A DNA stretch of 64,000 bases, from IMG/VR virus record IMGVR_UViG_3300028392_002123. One strand, 5' to 3'. Source of the stretch: a virus. Lineage: Duplodnaviria; Caudoviricetes. Of the stretch, positions 9,958 through 18,494 are shown piece after piece; position 1 is the first letter of the stretch; each line of letters starts with the position of its first letter. A program made the position numbers and the translations under genes. The notes under the pieces were generated by a model, which saw nothing but the letters and a program-made list of their open reading frames with translations, did not search any database and was not told the DNA's origin.

Positions 9958-10587
9958 CTATATTATGGGTCGAAATTCTGGTTTAATAACCCCTGTCTGC
10001 AACAGCAAGGGACTTTGAAGTTTACTTGGCAATACTACATAGAATCCTTTGTAGTCTTCTTTGAGCTGATCCAATTTTTCCTGAGTATCGATATAGCGAT
10101 CAATATAAAAGTTAATGCGTTTGACTTTTTTATATATTTGTTCTTGCCAAATCTTAATACCTTCCTTGGTACGTGGGCCCTGTGTTATTGAAAAGAAATA
10201 ATAGATACCTTGGTTGATAAATGGATCAAATGCCAAATAGCCCATGTCATTTTCCCAGATATTATTGCTTGCTGGAGTATACCCCGGAGCGGTGTACACA
10301 AACAATAAACAAAAATATGGAACAACTCTAACAGGTTTGCTCCATAATTTATTCAAACTACTGGTTACAACGAACCTAACGATTTTATCATTGTCGATTT
10401 CCGCCGAAATAAAAAAATTTTTATGCGGATCGGATTCTCTGCTGGTCCACCATTTAATGTACCAATCAAAGGTCAAACTCAATCCTTCGGTGGAATATGA
10501 CTTTGATTTTTCAAATAATATTTGATCGAGACATTGCCTAAAAAGTACAATGTCGTTTTCGTCATCAGGGTTTAATAAACGTATCAT
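9958..10587 (-). CDS. Hypothetical protein
   Basis: 209 aa ORF with AGGA SD, following tRNA-fMet. Confidence 0.65.
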   Translation of the reverse strand: MIRLLNPDDENDIVLFRQCLDQILFEKSKSYSTEGLSLTFDWYIKWWTSRESDPHKNFFISAEIDNDKIVRFVVTSSLNKLWSKPVRVVPYFCLLFVYTAPGYTPASNNIWENDMGYLAFDPFINQGIYYFFSITQGPRTKEGIKIWQEQIYKKVKRINFYIDRYIDTQEKLDQLKEDYKGFYVVLPSKLQSPLLLQTGVIKPEFRPII

Positions 10588-10603
10588 TGCTGTCCTATAT
10601 AAT

Positions 10604-10679
10604 TGGTTGCGGGTGAAGGATTCGAACCTCCGTCCTCCAGGTTATGAGCCTGACAGTCTGACCACTGACGTAACCCGCG
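10604..10679 (-). tRNA. tRNA-fMet (CAT), initiator-type
   Basis: C1:A72 mismatch, anticodon stem TCAGG/CCTGG with CAT, TTCGAAT T-loop, CCA. Confidence 0.88.
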
Positions 10680-10688
10680 GTATGCTAT

Positions 10689-11258
10689 TTATAGTAAGCC
10701 TTCTTGCGTTAATATTTGTACAGTACGATCGCTGAGTGCAATCTCTGTGCGTACATTTAACTCAAGCAATTCGTCTTGCAATTTTTGTTTAGATTTTTTT
10801 ACTAAACTGACCAAGATTTTAAAACCTTTGATATCTTCTTCTTGGAAGATACTGGTAGAAACTGTGTTTTCGAAGCCGTAGATACTGCGACTGTCTTCTT
10901 TACGATTTCTAATTTTTGCCAATTTACCTTCGATGTGTGTGGGATCTTCTCGAACTGCCTTGGCCATGAATGCGGTATAACTTTGGATTTGTTTATCCAA
11001 GTGTGCAATGTCTGCCAAGCGCATGTCAACACCCACTTGATTATTGGCCGCACTAGTGGCTTTGCGAATTTCATAGACCGCAGACACCAAAGTGTCTTTA
11101 CGTGCAAGATCTTCTTTGAATTTCATAACTGCTTTGGCTAGTTCTGGTTCAACAGTTTGAAATTCATTGAGACTGACTTCAGTGACCAAATTAATAGACT
11201 TGATCGCGTCATTGATGCTATTTTGCAGTACAGAAGCTTTACGTAAACTAATGTTCAT
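10689..11258 (-). CDS. Hypothetical coiled-coil protein
   Basis: 189 aa helical ORF with AAGGA SD. Confidence 0.7.
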   Translation of the reverse strand: MNISLRKASVLQNSINDAIKSINLVTEVSLNEFQTVEPELAKAVMKFKEDLARKDTLVSAVYEIRKATSAANNQVGVDMRLADIAHLDKQIQSYTAFMAKAVREDPTHIEGKLAKIRNRKEDSRSIYGFENTVSTSIFQEEDIKGFKILVSLVKKSKQKLQDELLELNVRTEIALSDRTVQILTQEGLL

Positions 11259-11267
11259 TTTTATTCC

Positions 11268-11441
11268 TTACTTTTTGTCTTTGTTATTTCGACCGGTGCG
11301 CTGACGACTTTCAGCTTCTGCAATAGCCACATAGCTACGCATAAAAGCACCACGCTTGTGCGGATCACTGATAGTTGATGCCGCCATTTTTACCAAACTA
11401 CCGATTTTAACGGCCTTGGGATCATATCCTCTACATGTCAT
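11268..11441 (-). CDS. Small basic hypothetical protein (57 aa, MTCRGYDPKAVK...)
   Basis: Manual translation; AAGGA SD; downstream of TTGACT-17-TATAAT (11465-11493). Confidence 0.6.
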   Translation of the reverse strand: MTCRGYDPKAVKIGSLVKMAASTISDPHKRGAFMRSYVAIAEAESRQRTGRNNKDKK

Positions 11442-11494
11442 TTTATTTCCTTTAAGTTAACAATATTATACAACAAAATTAAAACAGAGTCAAG

Positions 11495-11778
11495 AAAGCA
11501 AGTAACCAACTGGACAAAAAACAGTGAAATTAATTTCTTAATTTCCAACAAGTCACAATGCACAAAGCACAGAGACTTGTATATGTCTGGTTAGCAAATC
11601 ACAAAGTCGATAAAGTTCGGACCAGTTCACACAAGTGCGGGGCGTTTTCAAGGCGCCTGCCATTGGAGTTATGTTCGTAATCGCATGTAGCGATAACGAG
11701 TGTCAGTTCTCATCTCTTTCTTTTCTCCGGGTAGTTCGCTTTCGCTACTACCAAAACTATAAATCTGTGTTGGTAAAT
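11495..11778 (-). ncRNA. Candidate structured RNA/leader downstream of tRNA-Pro
   Basis: About 280 nt without a long ORF; stems CTGGT..ACCAG, ACAAGTC..GACTTGT, GGTAGT..ACTACC. Confidence 0.4.
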
Positions 11779-11855
11779 TGGTCGGAGTACAAGGATTCGA
11801 ACCTTGGACCCCCTGGTCCCAAACCAGGTGCGCTACCAGACTGCGCCACACTCCG
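11779..11855 (-). tRNA. tRNA-Pro (TGG)
   Basis: Cloverleaf; CCTGG-TT TGG GA-CCAGG; CCA. Confidence 0.93.
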
Positions 11856-11937
11856 AATAAAATCTTGCCTTATTAGAACGGTTAGGCTACCGGTTAAATT
11901 CTCGACTCTAACTGTGATTCAATCTCGGTGGAAAAAA

Positions 11938-12567
11938 TTATTCTAGTCTGCTAAATCCCCATTGACGTTCTTCACACCACCAACAGTGACCGCAGTGGCC
12001 ACTAGTTAGTATAAGATCTTCGCAGGACCTTGTCAAGGGAAATATATCGTCTAATACATTCAATTCCTTATATATACCCGAAATTACTTTTTTATCAACG
12101 TTGATAAAAGGTCTATAATTCCTATTGTTATTCCCTGTGTAAAATGGTTTAATATCATAGGGATTGCGTTCTGATCGAGTACGACTATTATCTGTAAATT
12201 TATCTGTTACTTCTACCGGAGGATTTGCTGTTACCCCTGTGTACAAATAATTTATTTTTCCCGAGTTAAGATCTGCAATACCATGCGTTAACATATTACT
12301 TTCTGTTTGTTCATCGACAAACACAACATGATGATAGACATTATTTCTATTTAACATATCTATACATTTGCCAATTACTTTTAATGCATAATGCGGTGCT
12401 GTTCTACTTTTTGCTTTATTGGCACATGTATAAACATGCACAGCACCTTTTGCATATTTCATTAAAATATACAGCAATATTGAACTGTCGGCTCCTCCGC
12501 TGACACTAACACCGATCGGTCCATCATGAATGTCAATGTTAACATTATTAATTGTCAACGTCTGCAT
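11938..12567 (-). CDS. QueC-like PP-loop ATP pyrophosphatase
   Basis: [10 protein letters not shown]-loop and C-terminal [12 protein letters not shown] Zn motif; start trimmed to MQTLT. Confidence 0.65.
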   Translation of the reverse strand: MQTLTINNVNIDIHDGPIGVSVSGGADSSILLYILMKYAKGAVHVYTCANKAKSRTAPHYALKVIGKCIDMLNRNNVYHHVVFVDEQTESNMLTHGIADLNSGKINYLYTGVTANPPVEVTDKFTDNSRTRSERNPYDIKPFYTGNNNRNYRPFINVDKKVISGIYKELNVLDDIFPLTRSCEDLILTSGHCGHCWWCEERQWGFSRLE

Positions 12568-12568
12568 G

Positions 12569-12853
12569 TTATTCTGTTTTATTTGATTCTTCAGCGTCCC
12601 GACGGAACTCATCTTCCATCCACAACATTTTTCGATGCTGATACATTTCTTCGCTGAGTCCGTGCCAGCCGATACACTTGCCTGTTGGGCTACGGCCGCA
12701 ACCACACTTGCCAAATTCTTCTGCGTTTTCTTTTACTCTTACCTGCATAGCCTGTTCCTTATTTTTATTAAAAATTCTGTCCCAATTGGATGCATAAGTT
12801 TCTGCACCAATGCTAAATGGACGAGGTGAGCTACCTTTGCCGCCATCACTCAT
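12569..12853 (-). CDS. CDGSH-like iron-sulfur/zinc finger protein with N-terminal MSDGGKG peptide
   Basis: [15 protein letters not shown] resembles CxCGxS..PxCDGSH; second SD and ATG at MQVR. Confidence 0.55.
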   Translation of the reverse strand: MSDGGKGSSPRPFSIGAETYASNWDRIFNKNKEQAMQVRVKENAEEFGKCGCGRSPTGKCIGWHGLSEEMYQHRKMLWMEDEFRRDAEESNKTE

Positions 12854-13128
12854 AGTAATTCCTCAAAATTGTATAATTACTTATTCATAGATTATACAAT
12901 AGATCCTGCAGGCAGTCAAGCAGTTTTTAACTTTTTTAAATTATCTATTGCCAATTTTACATCATTGACATTGATACATAATCTCTGTGCTATTTCAAAT
13001 GCACTAAGCCTAAGTTCTAAATAGGATCTAATTTCTGCAAGTATAAGACGCGACATACTAATCTCCAGGTATATAATATATAACGCATGAACTTAGTCTG
13101 TCGTTGACAACACACTATAAATATTTTG

Positions 13129-13896
13129 ATGCAAGACTTATTTGATATACTATACACACCCCTGGACTGTCCGCCAATGCCTAAAATAGATGTGGACAAA
13201 CTGGATCTTTGGCAACAAGATCGAGTCAATAATTTTGACAAGAACAAATCAGCAAGCGCGGCCGAACTTCAGTCCAATGCTCGCACTTGGTTTATGAAAA
13301 AATCTTTTTTTCAAGGAGATCAAAATCAATATCCCTGGGATCTATCTATGTTATATTATAATAAAAATAACAGCAACGTGGGATGGTTAGGCGGATTTGA
13401 TAAAGAGTTCCCCGAACTAGTAGAGTATATTAACTCAGCTTTTGGAATACCAGTGCATGAATTTGGCACAGTATTATTACTGCCTGTTAAAAAATCACAT
13501 ACTGGAATATACTGGCATAGAGATGATGATACATCGGGTCTGCGTATGTACATTGAACACGAAGATCCAGTGAACAATACATTAATAATGCGTAGATCTG
13601 TGACCAGAGATAGATGGCCCTTGCCATGGCAGTATGATATTACTAGGCCGTTAAATGGATTTCAAGAAGAAGATTTAACCTGCAACATTGTCAGTAAAAA
13701 TCAATGTTTCTTCCTGAACAATATTAGAGCATTGCATGCCACAGTGACCAAAGCACCTGAGCGCAGAAGATTCACATTGTTGTTTGGCGACAAGTTAAAT
13801 AGAGTCATGCCAAATAGAATTAATCAACTCACCGAAGATTTAATCAAACGTAGTGCTGAAAAATACAAAGAGCAGGCCATACTATGGCCGGTTTAA
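13129..13896 (+). CDS. 2OG-Fe(II) oxygenase/cupin-like protein (paralogue of 40052)
   Basis: WHRD...LHAT...RRFTLLF; TATAAATA-N5-ATG. Confidence 0.65.
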   Translation: MQDLFDILYTPLDCPPMPKIDVDKLDLWQQDRVNNFDKNKSASAAELQSNARTWFMKKSFFQGDQNQYPWDLSMLYYNKNNSNVGWLGGFDKEFPELVEYINSAFGIPVHEFGTVLLLPVKKSHTGIYWHRDDDTSGLRMYIEHEDPVNNTLIMRRSVTRDRWPLPWQYDITRPLNGFQEEDLTCNIVSKNQCFFLNNIRALHATVTKAPERRRFTLLFGDKLNRVMPNRINQLTEDLIKRSAEKYKEQAILWPV

Positions 13897-14090
13897 ACAG
13901 CAGTCAATGCTTGTTTGAGTGCCGCTAACTCTGCGTCAGACATAACTAATTCTAGTTTGTTCTGCTCTGCATCTGGATTACGGGCCCATGCATAAGTTGT
14001 AAAAATTCGAACATGGTTGTCATATGGGGCAACGTTTAATTTACGAACTTCGCAGTACAACTTATAACCTGCTTTGTCACTGATAATCAT
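13893..14090 (-). CDS. Hypothetical protein
   Basis: 65 aa ORF with AGGAG SD. Confidence 0.55.
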   Translation of the reverse strand: MIISDKAGYKLYCEVRKLNVAPYDNHVRIFTTYAWARNPDAEQNKLELVMSDAELAALKQALTAV

Positions 14091-14109
14091 ATCGACTCCT
14101 TTTAAAATA

Positions 14110-14185
14110 TGGCTCCCCGAGCTGGGTTCGAACCAGCGACCAGCGGATTAACAGTCCGTTACTCTACCAACTGAGCTATCAGGGA
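14110..14185 (-). tRNA. tRNA-Asn (GTT)
   Basis: Cloverleaf; CGGA-CT GTT AA-TCCG; CCA. Confidence 0.92.
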
Positions 14186-14191
14186 ATAATT

Positions 14192-14267
14192 TGGTGGAAG
14201 TTGACGGGATCGAACCGCCGACATTCTGCGTGTAAGGCAGACGCTCTACCATCTGAGCTAAACTTCC
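14192..14267 (-). tRNA. tRNA-Val (TAC)
   Basis: Cloverleaf; TCTGC-CT TAC AC-GCAGA; CCA. Confidence 0.93.
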
Positions 14268-14269
14268 TA

Positions 14270-14413
14270 TTATCTTGTAAAATACCTTTTTATCTTGATC
14301 CAGTAGTACCTAACTCCACGTGGAGTTTTGATCCAATCTGCATCAAACCAAAAACCTATTTCTCGGGGCATATTGCCATATGCCTTGTTTAAAGTATCTT
14401 CTTGCTTTGACAT
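14270..14413 (-). CDS. Small hypothetical protein (47 aa) between tRNAs
   Basis: Manual translation MSKQEDTLNKAYG...; AAGGAG SD. Confidence 0.55.
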   Translation of the reverse strand: MSKQEDTLNKAYGNMPREIGFWFDADWIKTPRGVRYYWIKIKRYFTR

Positions 14414-14432
14414 ATATGCTCCTTATAGTAAA

Positions 14433-14508
14433 TGGTGGAGGTGACAGGGATCGAACCCGCGACCTACTGGTTGCAAACCAGTCGCTCTCCCAATTGAGCT
14501 ACACCCCC
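14433..14508 (-). tRNA. tRNA-Ala (TGC)
   Basis: Cloverleaf; G3.U70; ACTGG-TT TGC AA-CCAGT; CCA. Confidence 0.94.
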
Positions 14509-14509
14509 A

Positions 14510-15313
14510 TTAATTTTTAAACTTGGCTAAATTTAACTTAACCAATAATTCTATTGTTCTTGCCGCTGGATCGAGTTCATACCATTTTCTTCCATAGCGA
14601 TAATTCGCAGGATCATCATGATGATTTCGATGCCAAGCATCTCCGTTATTAATATTCAGCATAACCAGTACTAGGCTGTTACTACCTTTATTATTACCTC
14701 CAACAGGTAATAACCATGCAGGAGTGTTATGACCCCATGCGTTAATGCTATGCATCTTGTTGATGGTCAATCCCAACACAGCAATCCAAAATAACAACAA
14801 TTCTGGACTAATAAAATAAAGCGACAATAACCATACTGCATTTATTACCCAACTATATCTTGCAAACCATGCATGAGTAGGGTCCTTGGCTAGATCGGGC
14901 GCATACTGTATTTTAATGGGAGTAAAATACGTACAAAACTGAATCCACAGCCTAGATTTAAAATAAGGACTATGCGGATCACGTTCGGTGTCAGCATGTC
15001 TATGATGTTGTCTATGCACAGCGGCCCAACCTATGCTGGTGCCAACCATGGTAATTGTGAATAAAAATAATCCTAGAATATTCAGATATTTCTTAGGTAC
15101 CCAGGATCTATGCGACCATGCTCTGTGTGCAAAAATAGTAAGATTAATTCCTAGTGCGTATACAGTAATCAACAGTATTGCAATGGAACTAAAATTAAAA
15201 TTATTTGCAATCCAATATACACTGACTATCAAACTAGTGATGCCCACGGTGCTTAACAACCAAGGTTCAATTTTAACTCTGTCTAAGACCATATTATTCT
15301 TTAATGAATACAT
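14510..15313 (-). CDS. Membrane fatty acid desaturase
   Basis: HRAWSH, HRQHH, HRNHH boxes; RDPHSP. Confidence 0.9.
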   Translation of the reverse strand: MYSLKNNMVLDRVKIEPWLLSTVGITSLIVSVYWIANNFNFSSIAILLITVYALGINLTIFAHRAWSHRSWVPKKYLNILGLFLFTITMVGTSIGWAAVHRQHHRHADTERDPHSPYFKSRLWIQFCTYFTPIKIQYAPDLAKDPTHAWFARYSWVINAVWLLSLYFISPELLLFWIAVLGLTINKMHSINAWGHNTPAWLLPVGGNNKGSNSLVLVMLNINNGDAWHRNHHDDPANYRYGRKWYELDPAARTIELLVKLNLAKFKN

Positions 15314-15740
15314 ATTCGTAGTTCACTGTTTCAGTGTTTTCTCTATGTACCACAGCACCATTACGCAAATGAAATTTTCTCGCAGTATCTGTTCTAGGAC
15401 TCAGTGTTATAAATCTACTTATACCGGGTCGAGTTTGTTTTATATGTTTTACTGCATCAAAAATTAACTGTCTACCCGAGCCTGGCTTATAACTCCATAT
15501 GGTGTAGAATACTGCTATATTGGGTTCTTCAGATTCTTCAAACAATTCTAATTCATTGCTGGGAATACTACCCTGATAACTAACACAGGTAATCGCTTTT
15601 GCTTTATGTTCGTCATCACGTAGAACAAAAATATCTTTGTTATTACCCACACGATCCATGTGTGCAATATGTGGTCGTACCGGATCTTCATTTAAATGAA
15701 CGACAAACTTATCGCTGAGATTTTGTACAAGATGCAACAT
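15294..15740 (-). CDS. GNAT-like hypothetical protein
   Basis: FYTIWSYKPGSGRQLI, TLSP, FHLRNGA; start trimmed to MLHL. Confidence 0.45.
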   Translation of the reverse strand: MLHLVQNLSDKFVVHLNEDPVRPHIAHMDRVGNNKDIFVLRDDEHKAKAITCVSYQGSIPSNELELFEESEEPNIAVFYTIWSYKPGSGRQLIFDAVKHIKQTRPGISRFITLSPRTDTARKFHLRNGAVVHRENTETVNYEYVFIKE

Positions 15741-15741
15741 A

Positions 15742-16590
15742 TTAATAATGAATTCCTTCTGTGGGTATACTAGGATCAAATTCGTAATCCTCGGGAAGTT
15801 CAATAACGCTGTTTCTATCTAATAAGTCAATCATTCCTGCACCGGGTATACCTGATATACGTATCTGTCTACGACGACTTGTAACAACAGGCACTCCGTG
15901 ATAAAAATAATCATTGGTTATATAAACGGGATCATCTGCCAATTTATAATTGACCAATTCTTTGCCGTCTAGTGCCCAATACAACGGAACTCCTCCGTTG
16001 GAAATATTAATATTAAGTGTTATAAAACCTTTTGAAAAAACTTTGTTGACACCTGCACTGGACTTTCCATCATAAAGTCCCTTCATATCCCTGTGAATTG
16101 TTGCCATTCCACCAGGATCTAAATGCACACAATGCATCCAAATTATTTTTTCAAAAGGCAATGTATCTTTTATCCATTTAACTATGGCCAAATCTTTAAA
16201 TTCTTCTTTGACATTAAATGTCAAATCAAAACCTTCATTGCGTAAACTAGGCCCTGCGTATTTTCCCATGGTCAATAACAGCGGATCTGTAATTCCTTTT
16301 GCATCTAACTCAACCAAAGAAGCCATCTTCCATGCTCTTCGATTTTTTGTAATTGTTTTATATGTATTAAAGTTTCCAGGTTGTTGCCAACAATCTACTT
16401 CATCATAGGCTGAATCCGGAGCCATTTGCCAAATACTATTTAATTTCTTAGTTGCAGTCAGTCCATCACACGAATTACATATAGTAACTCCTATAGGAGC
16501 AATATATCGGTCGTACTCATCGATGAATGTATCTTGCTGATTTCCAAAGTCTACATTCAATTTGGCAAATGCAAAATTTTTAAAATACAT
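15742..16590 (-). CDS. 2OG-Fe(II) oxygenase/cupin-like protein
   Basis: HRD...YHGV...RRQIRISG. Confidence 0.65.
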   Translation of the reverse strand: MYFKNFAFAKLNVDFGNQQDTFIDEYDRYIAPIGVTICNSCDGLTATKKLNSIWQMAPDSAYDEVDCWQQPGNFNTYKTITKNRRAWKMASLVELDAKGITDPLLLTMGKYAGPSLRNEGFDLTFNVKEEFKDLAIVKWIKDTLPFEKIIWMHCVHLDPGGMATIHRDMKGLYDGKSSAGVNKVFSKGFITLNINISNGGVPLYWALDGKELVNYKLADDPVYITNDYFYHGVPVVTSRRRQIRISGIPGAGMIDLLDRNSVIELPEDYEFDPSIPTEGIHY

Positions 16591-16614
16591 GTTATCGATG
16601 TTCCTGTTATTAGT

Positions 16615-16815
16615 TGTCCAGCTACTCGCACCACACGAGCCCTGAACTGAGCAGTTACTCTGTCCACGTATTTCTTCTTTTGGTAAAGGTTAACGTTCCT
16701 CACCCTAGGCAGTTTTCGGTATCCCATATAGCGGGACCGTAAGGTCAGGTCCTAGTGTACCCCCTAGTCTATCGTTCAAGGGACGCTCTTATTATAACGT
16801 AAAAGAGTAAACCGG
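16615..16815 (-). ncRNA. Candidate multibranch structured RNA downstream of tRNA-Thr
   Basis: Long-range CCCTTGAAC/GTTCAGGG helix enclosing GGACC/GGTCC, CTAG/CTAG and CCCG/TGGG hairpins; CTCGT/GCGAG hairpin. Confidence 0.5.
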
Positions 16816-16821
16816 GTTTCT

Positions 16822-16897
16822 TGGTGCCCCCACCATGATTCGAACACGGGACCTACTGATTACAAATCAGTTGCTCTACCAGCTGAGCTATAAGGGC
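16822..16897 (-). tRNA. tRNA-Thr (TGT)
   Basis: Cloverleaf; ACTGA-TT TGT AA-TCAGT; CCA. Confidence 0.93.
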
Positions 16898-16929
16898 AAT
16901 ATTATTACTTATTTTTGCTATTCAAAATT

Positions 16930-17003
16930 TGGAGCGGGATAGCGGAATCGAACCGCTGACTTGAACTTGGAAGGATCTCGTTTTACCACTAAACTAATCC
17001 CGC
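16930..17003 (-). tRNA. tRNA-Gly (TCC)
   Basis: Cloverleaf; CT TCC AA loop; weak anticodon stem AGATC/GTTCA; CCA. Confidence 0.85.
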
Positions 17004-17014
17004 ACTAAAAGGGA

Positions 17015-17073
17015 GAAACTACGGTTGCAGGACCTAATGCTCTTTCGAGGAAGTATCCAGGCGATGTAGTTTC
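17015..17073 (-). ncRNA. Candidate small structured RNA
   Basis: GAAACTAC/GTAGTTTC closing stem; internal CTC-GAAA-GAG hairpin. Confidence 0.4.
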
Positions 17074-17085
17074 AAATTTGAAACC

Positions 17086-17210
17086 ATATAAAAACTCTCT
17101 GCGGCGCTTGAATCCACGGTAGCCCTGCTCTTCATGGCCGGTCCCGGTACATGGTCGACATTGACCGGTGTTTCGGTGTTCCACTGTAGCTACTACAGAA
17201 AGTTTTTATA
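17086..17210 (-). ncRNA. Candidate structured RNA abutting tRNA-Leu 3' end
   Basis: ATATAAAAACTTTCTG/CAGAGAGTTTTTATAT closing stem with GC-rich interior. Confidence 0.5.
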
Positions 17211-17294
17211 TGGTGCCCCAGAGGAGACTCGAACTCCTACACCTCTCGATAGTGGCTTCTAAGACCACCGCGTCTACCATTCCGCCACCGGGGC
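17211..17294 (-). tRNA. tRNA-Leu (TAG)
   Basis: Class II cloverleaf; GTGGT-CT TAG AA-GCCAC; CCA. Confidence 0.93.
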
Positions 17295-17340
17295 AAATAC
17301 CAACACAAATTTTTAAAGAACAATTTTTCTACAATAACGT

Positions 17341-17369
17341 ATTATACACAGAAACAGATTTACTGTCAA
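17341..17369 (-). promoter_or_regulatory. sigma70 promoter for Leu/Gly/Thr tRNA cluster
   Basis: TTGACA-17-TATAAT. Confidence 0.8.
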
Positions 17370-17476
17370 TAAAACAGAATTATCATTTCTTAAAATAAAA
17401 GTATTACAGTGGAAGTCTACAAAAGAATTATTGTAGCAGTTTATTTATCTCTAGTCAATGACTAATCTTGCCAAAT

Positions 17477-18037
17477 TCAAATTAATCTTTGATTGACCAC
17501 ATCCCAATTGATGATGCGCCAAATATTTTCTAGATACTTTTTCTTGTCAGCTTGATAGTCTAGGGCCCAGGCGTGTTCCCACCAATCAATTAACAGTACA
17601 ATTCTATCTGTGTTGCCTGTGATGCTGTGGTTGGCAATGGTCTGTATACGACCTGCGCGATCTAAAAAGATCCAACCACTGCCCTGTATGGCCATGGCCT
17701 TGGCACTGACTTGATCTTTAAATTCATCAAAGCTTTTAAAATTACGAGTGATAAAGTCCTTGGAATTTCCAGTAGGTTGATTGCCGGACTTGGGTGCTTG
17801 TAGCTGTGGAAAGAATATATTGTGCAAGTCTGCACCATTCTTATTGAACTTGGCGTCACCTTCGCCTGAGTTATAACGATCTACATAGGCCTTGGCCAAG
17901 GTGCCGTAGTGATAGTCTAGGGTAGCTTCGCTCATCACGGGTGCCAAGTCTGTTCTTTTATAGGGCAGTTTGTTAAGGCTAAGAGTCAACTTAGTGCCTT
18001 CAACCACCATGATATATCTTCTAATATCGTATTGCAT
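17477..18037 (-). CDS. Fe/Mn superoxide dismutase
   Basis: TLDYHYG, HNIFF, QGSGW, DWWEHAW. Confidence 0.92.
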   Translation of the reverse strand: MQYDIRRYIMVVEGTKLTLSLNKLPYKRTDLAPVMSEATLDYHYGTLAKAYVDRYNSGEGDAKFNKNGADLHNIFFPQLQAPKSGNQPTGNSKDFITRNFKSFDEFKDQVSAKAMAIQGSGWIFLDRAGRIQTIANHSITGNTDRIVLLIDWWEHAWALDYQADKKKYLENIWRIINWDVVNQRLI

Positions 18038-18042
18038 ATGAT

Positions 18043-18054
18043 TATTTATAAATA
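18043..18054. promoter_or_regulatory. Palindromic bidirectional T4-type late promoter
   Basis: TATTTATAAATA gives TATAAATA on both strands, each followed by 5 nt and ATG. Confidence 0.75.
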
Positions 18055-18059
18055 ATTAC

Positions 18060-18494
18060 ATGAGATACTGGGCAGAATATGTCAAAGCCGGTTGGGAATT
18101 AGTAGTATTAGCACAAGGTACTAACAAAGTCTATTTGGATCAAGACTTGGAAGCATTTCTAGTTCATGTTGTTGCTAGAACATTTGAACGCACAGATCTA
18201 TGGACAGAGCCTGTGGCAATTAAACTAATGACTGCACAGCAGTTACCACAGTATCAAAGACAGATAGCACTGAGAAACATAGGTGAGGAATGTCTGTTCA
18301 TTGACGCTTGGCAGATCAAGCAACCACGTTGGCCAGCACCTAAATACTTTGAAGACATGGGCAAGATTGCCTTTGGCTATGCCAGCGTAGCCACTGACCC
18401 TGCAGATGATTTACTGGATGCTGCCGCGGAAAATTTCACCATGGTAAGTCGTGTGCTTAGATATACCAGAGACTTGTATCTACACAATGTCTAA
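18060..18494 (+). CDS. Hypothetical protein
   Basis: 144 aa ORF from the late promoter. Confidence 0.7.
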   Translation: MRYWAEYVKAGWELVVLAQGTNKVYLDQDLEAFLVHVVARTFERTDLWTEPVAIKLMTAQQLPQYQRQIALRNIGEECLFIDAWQIKQPRWPAPKYFEDMGKIAFGYASVATDPADDLLDAAAENFTMVSRVLRYTRDLYLHNV

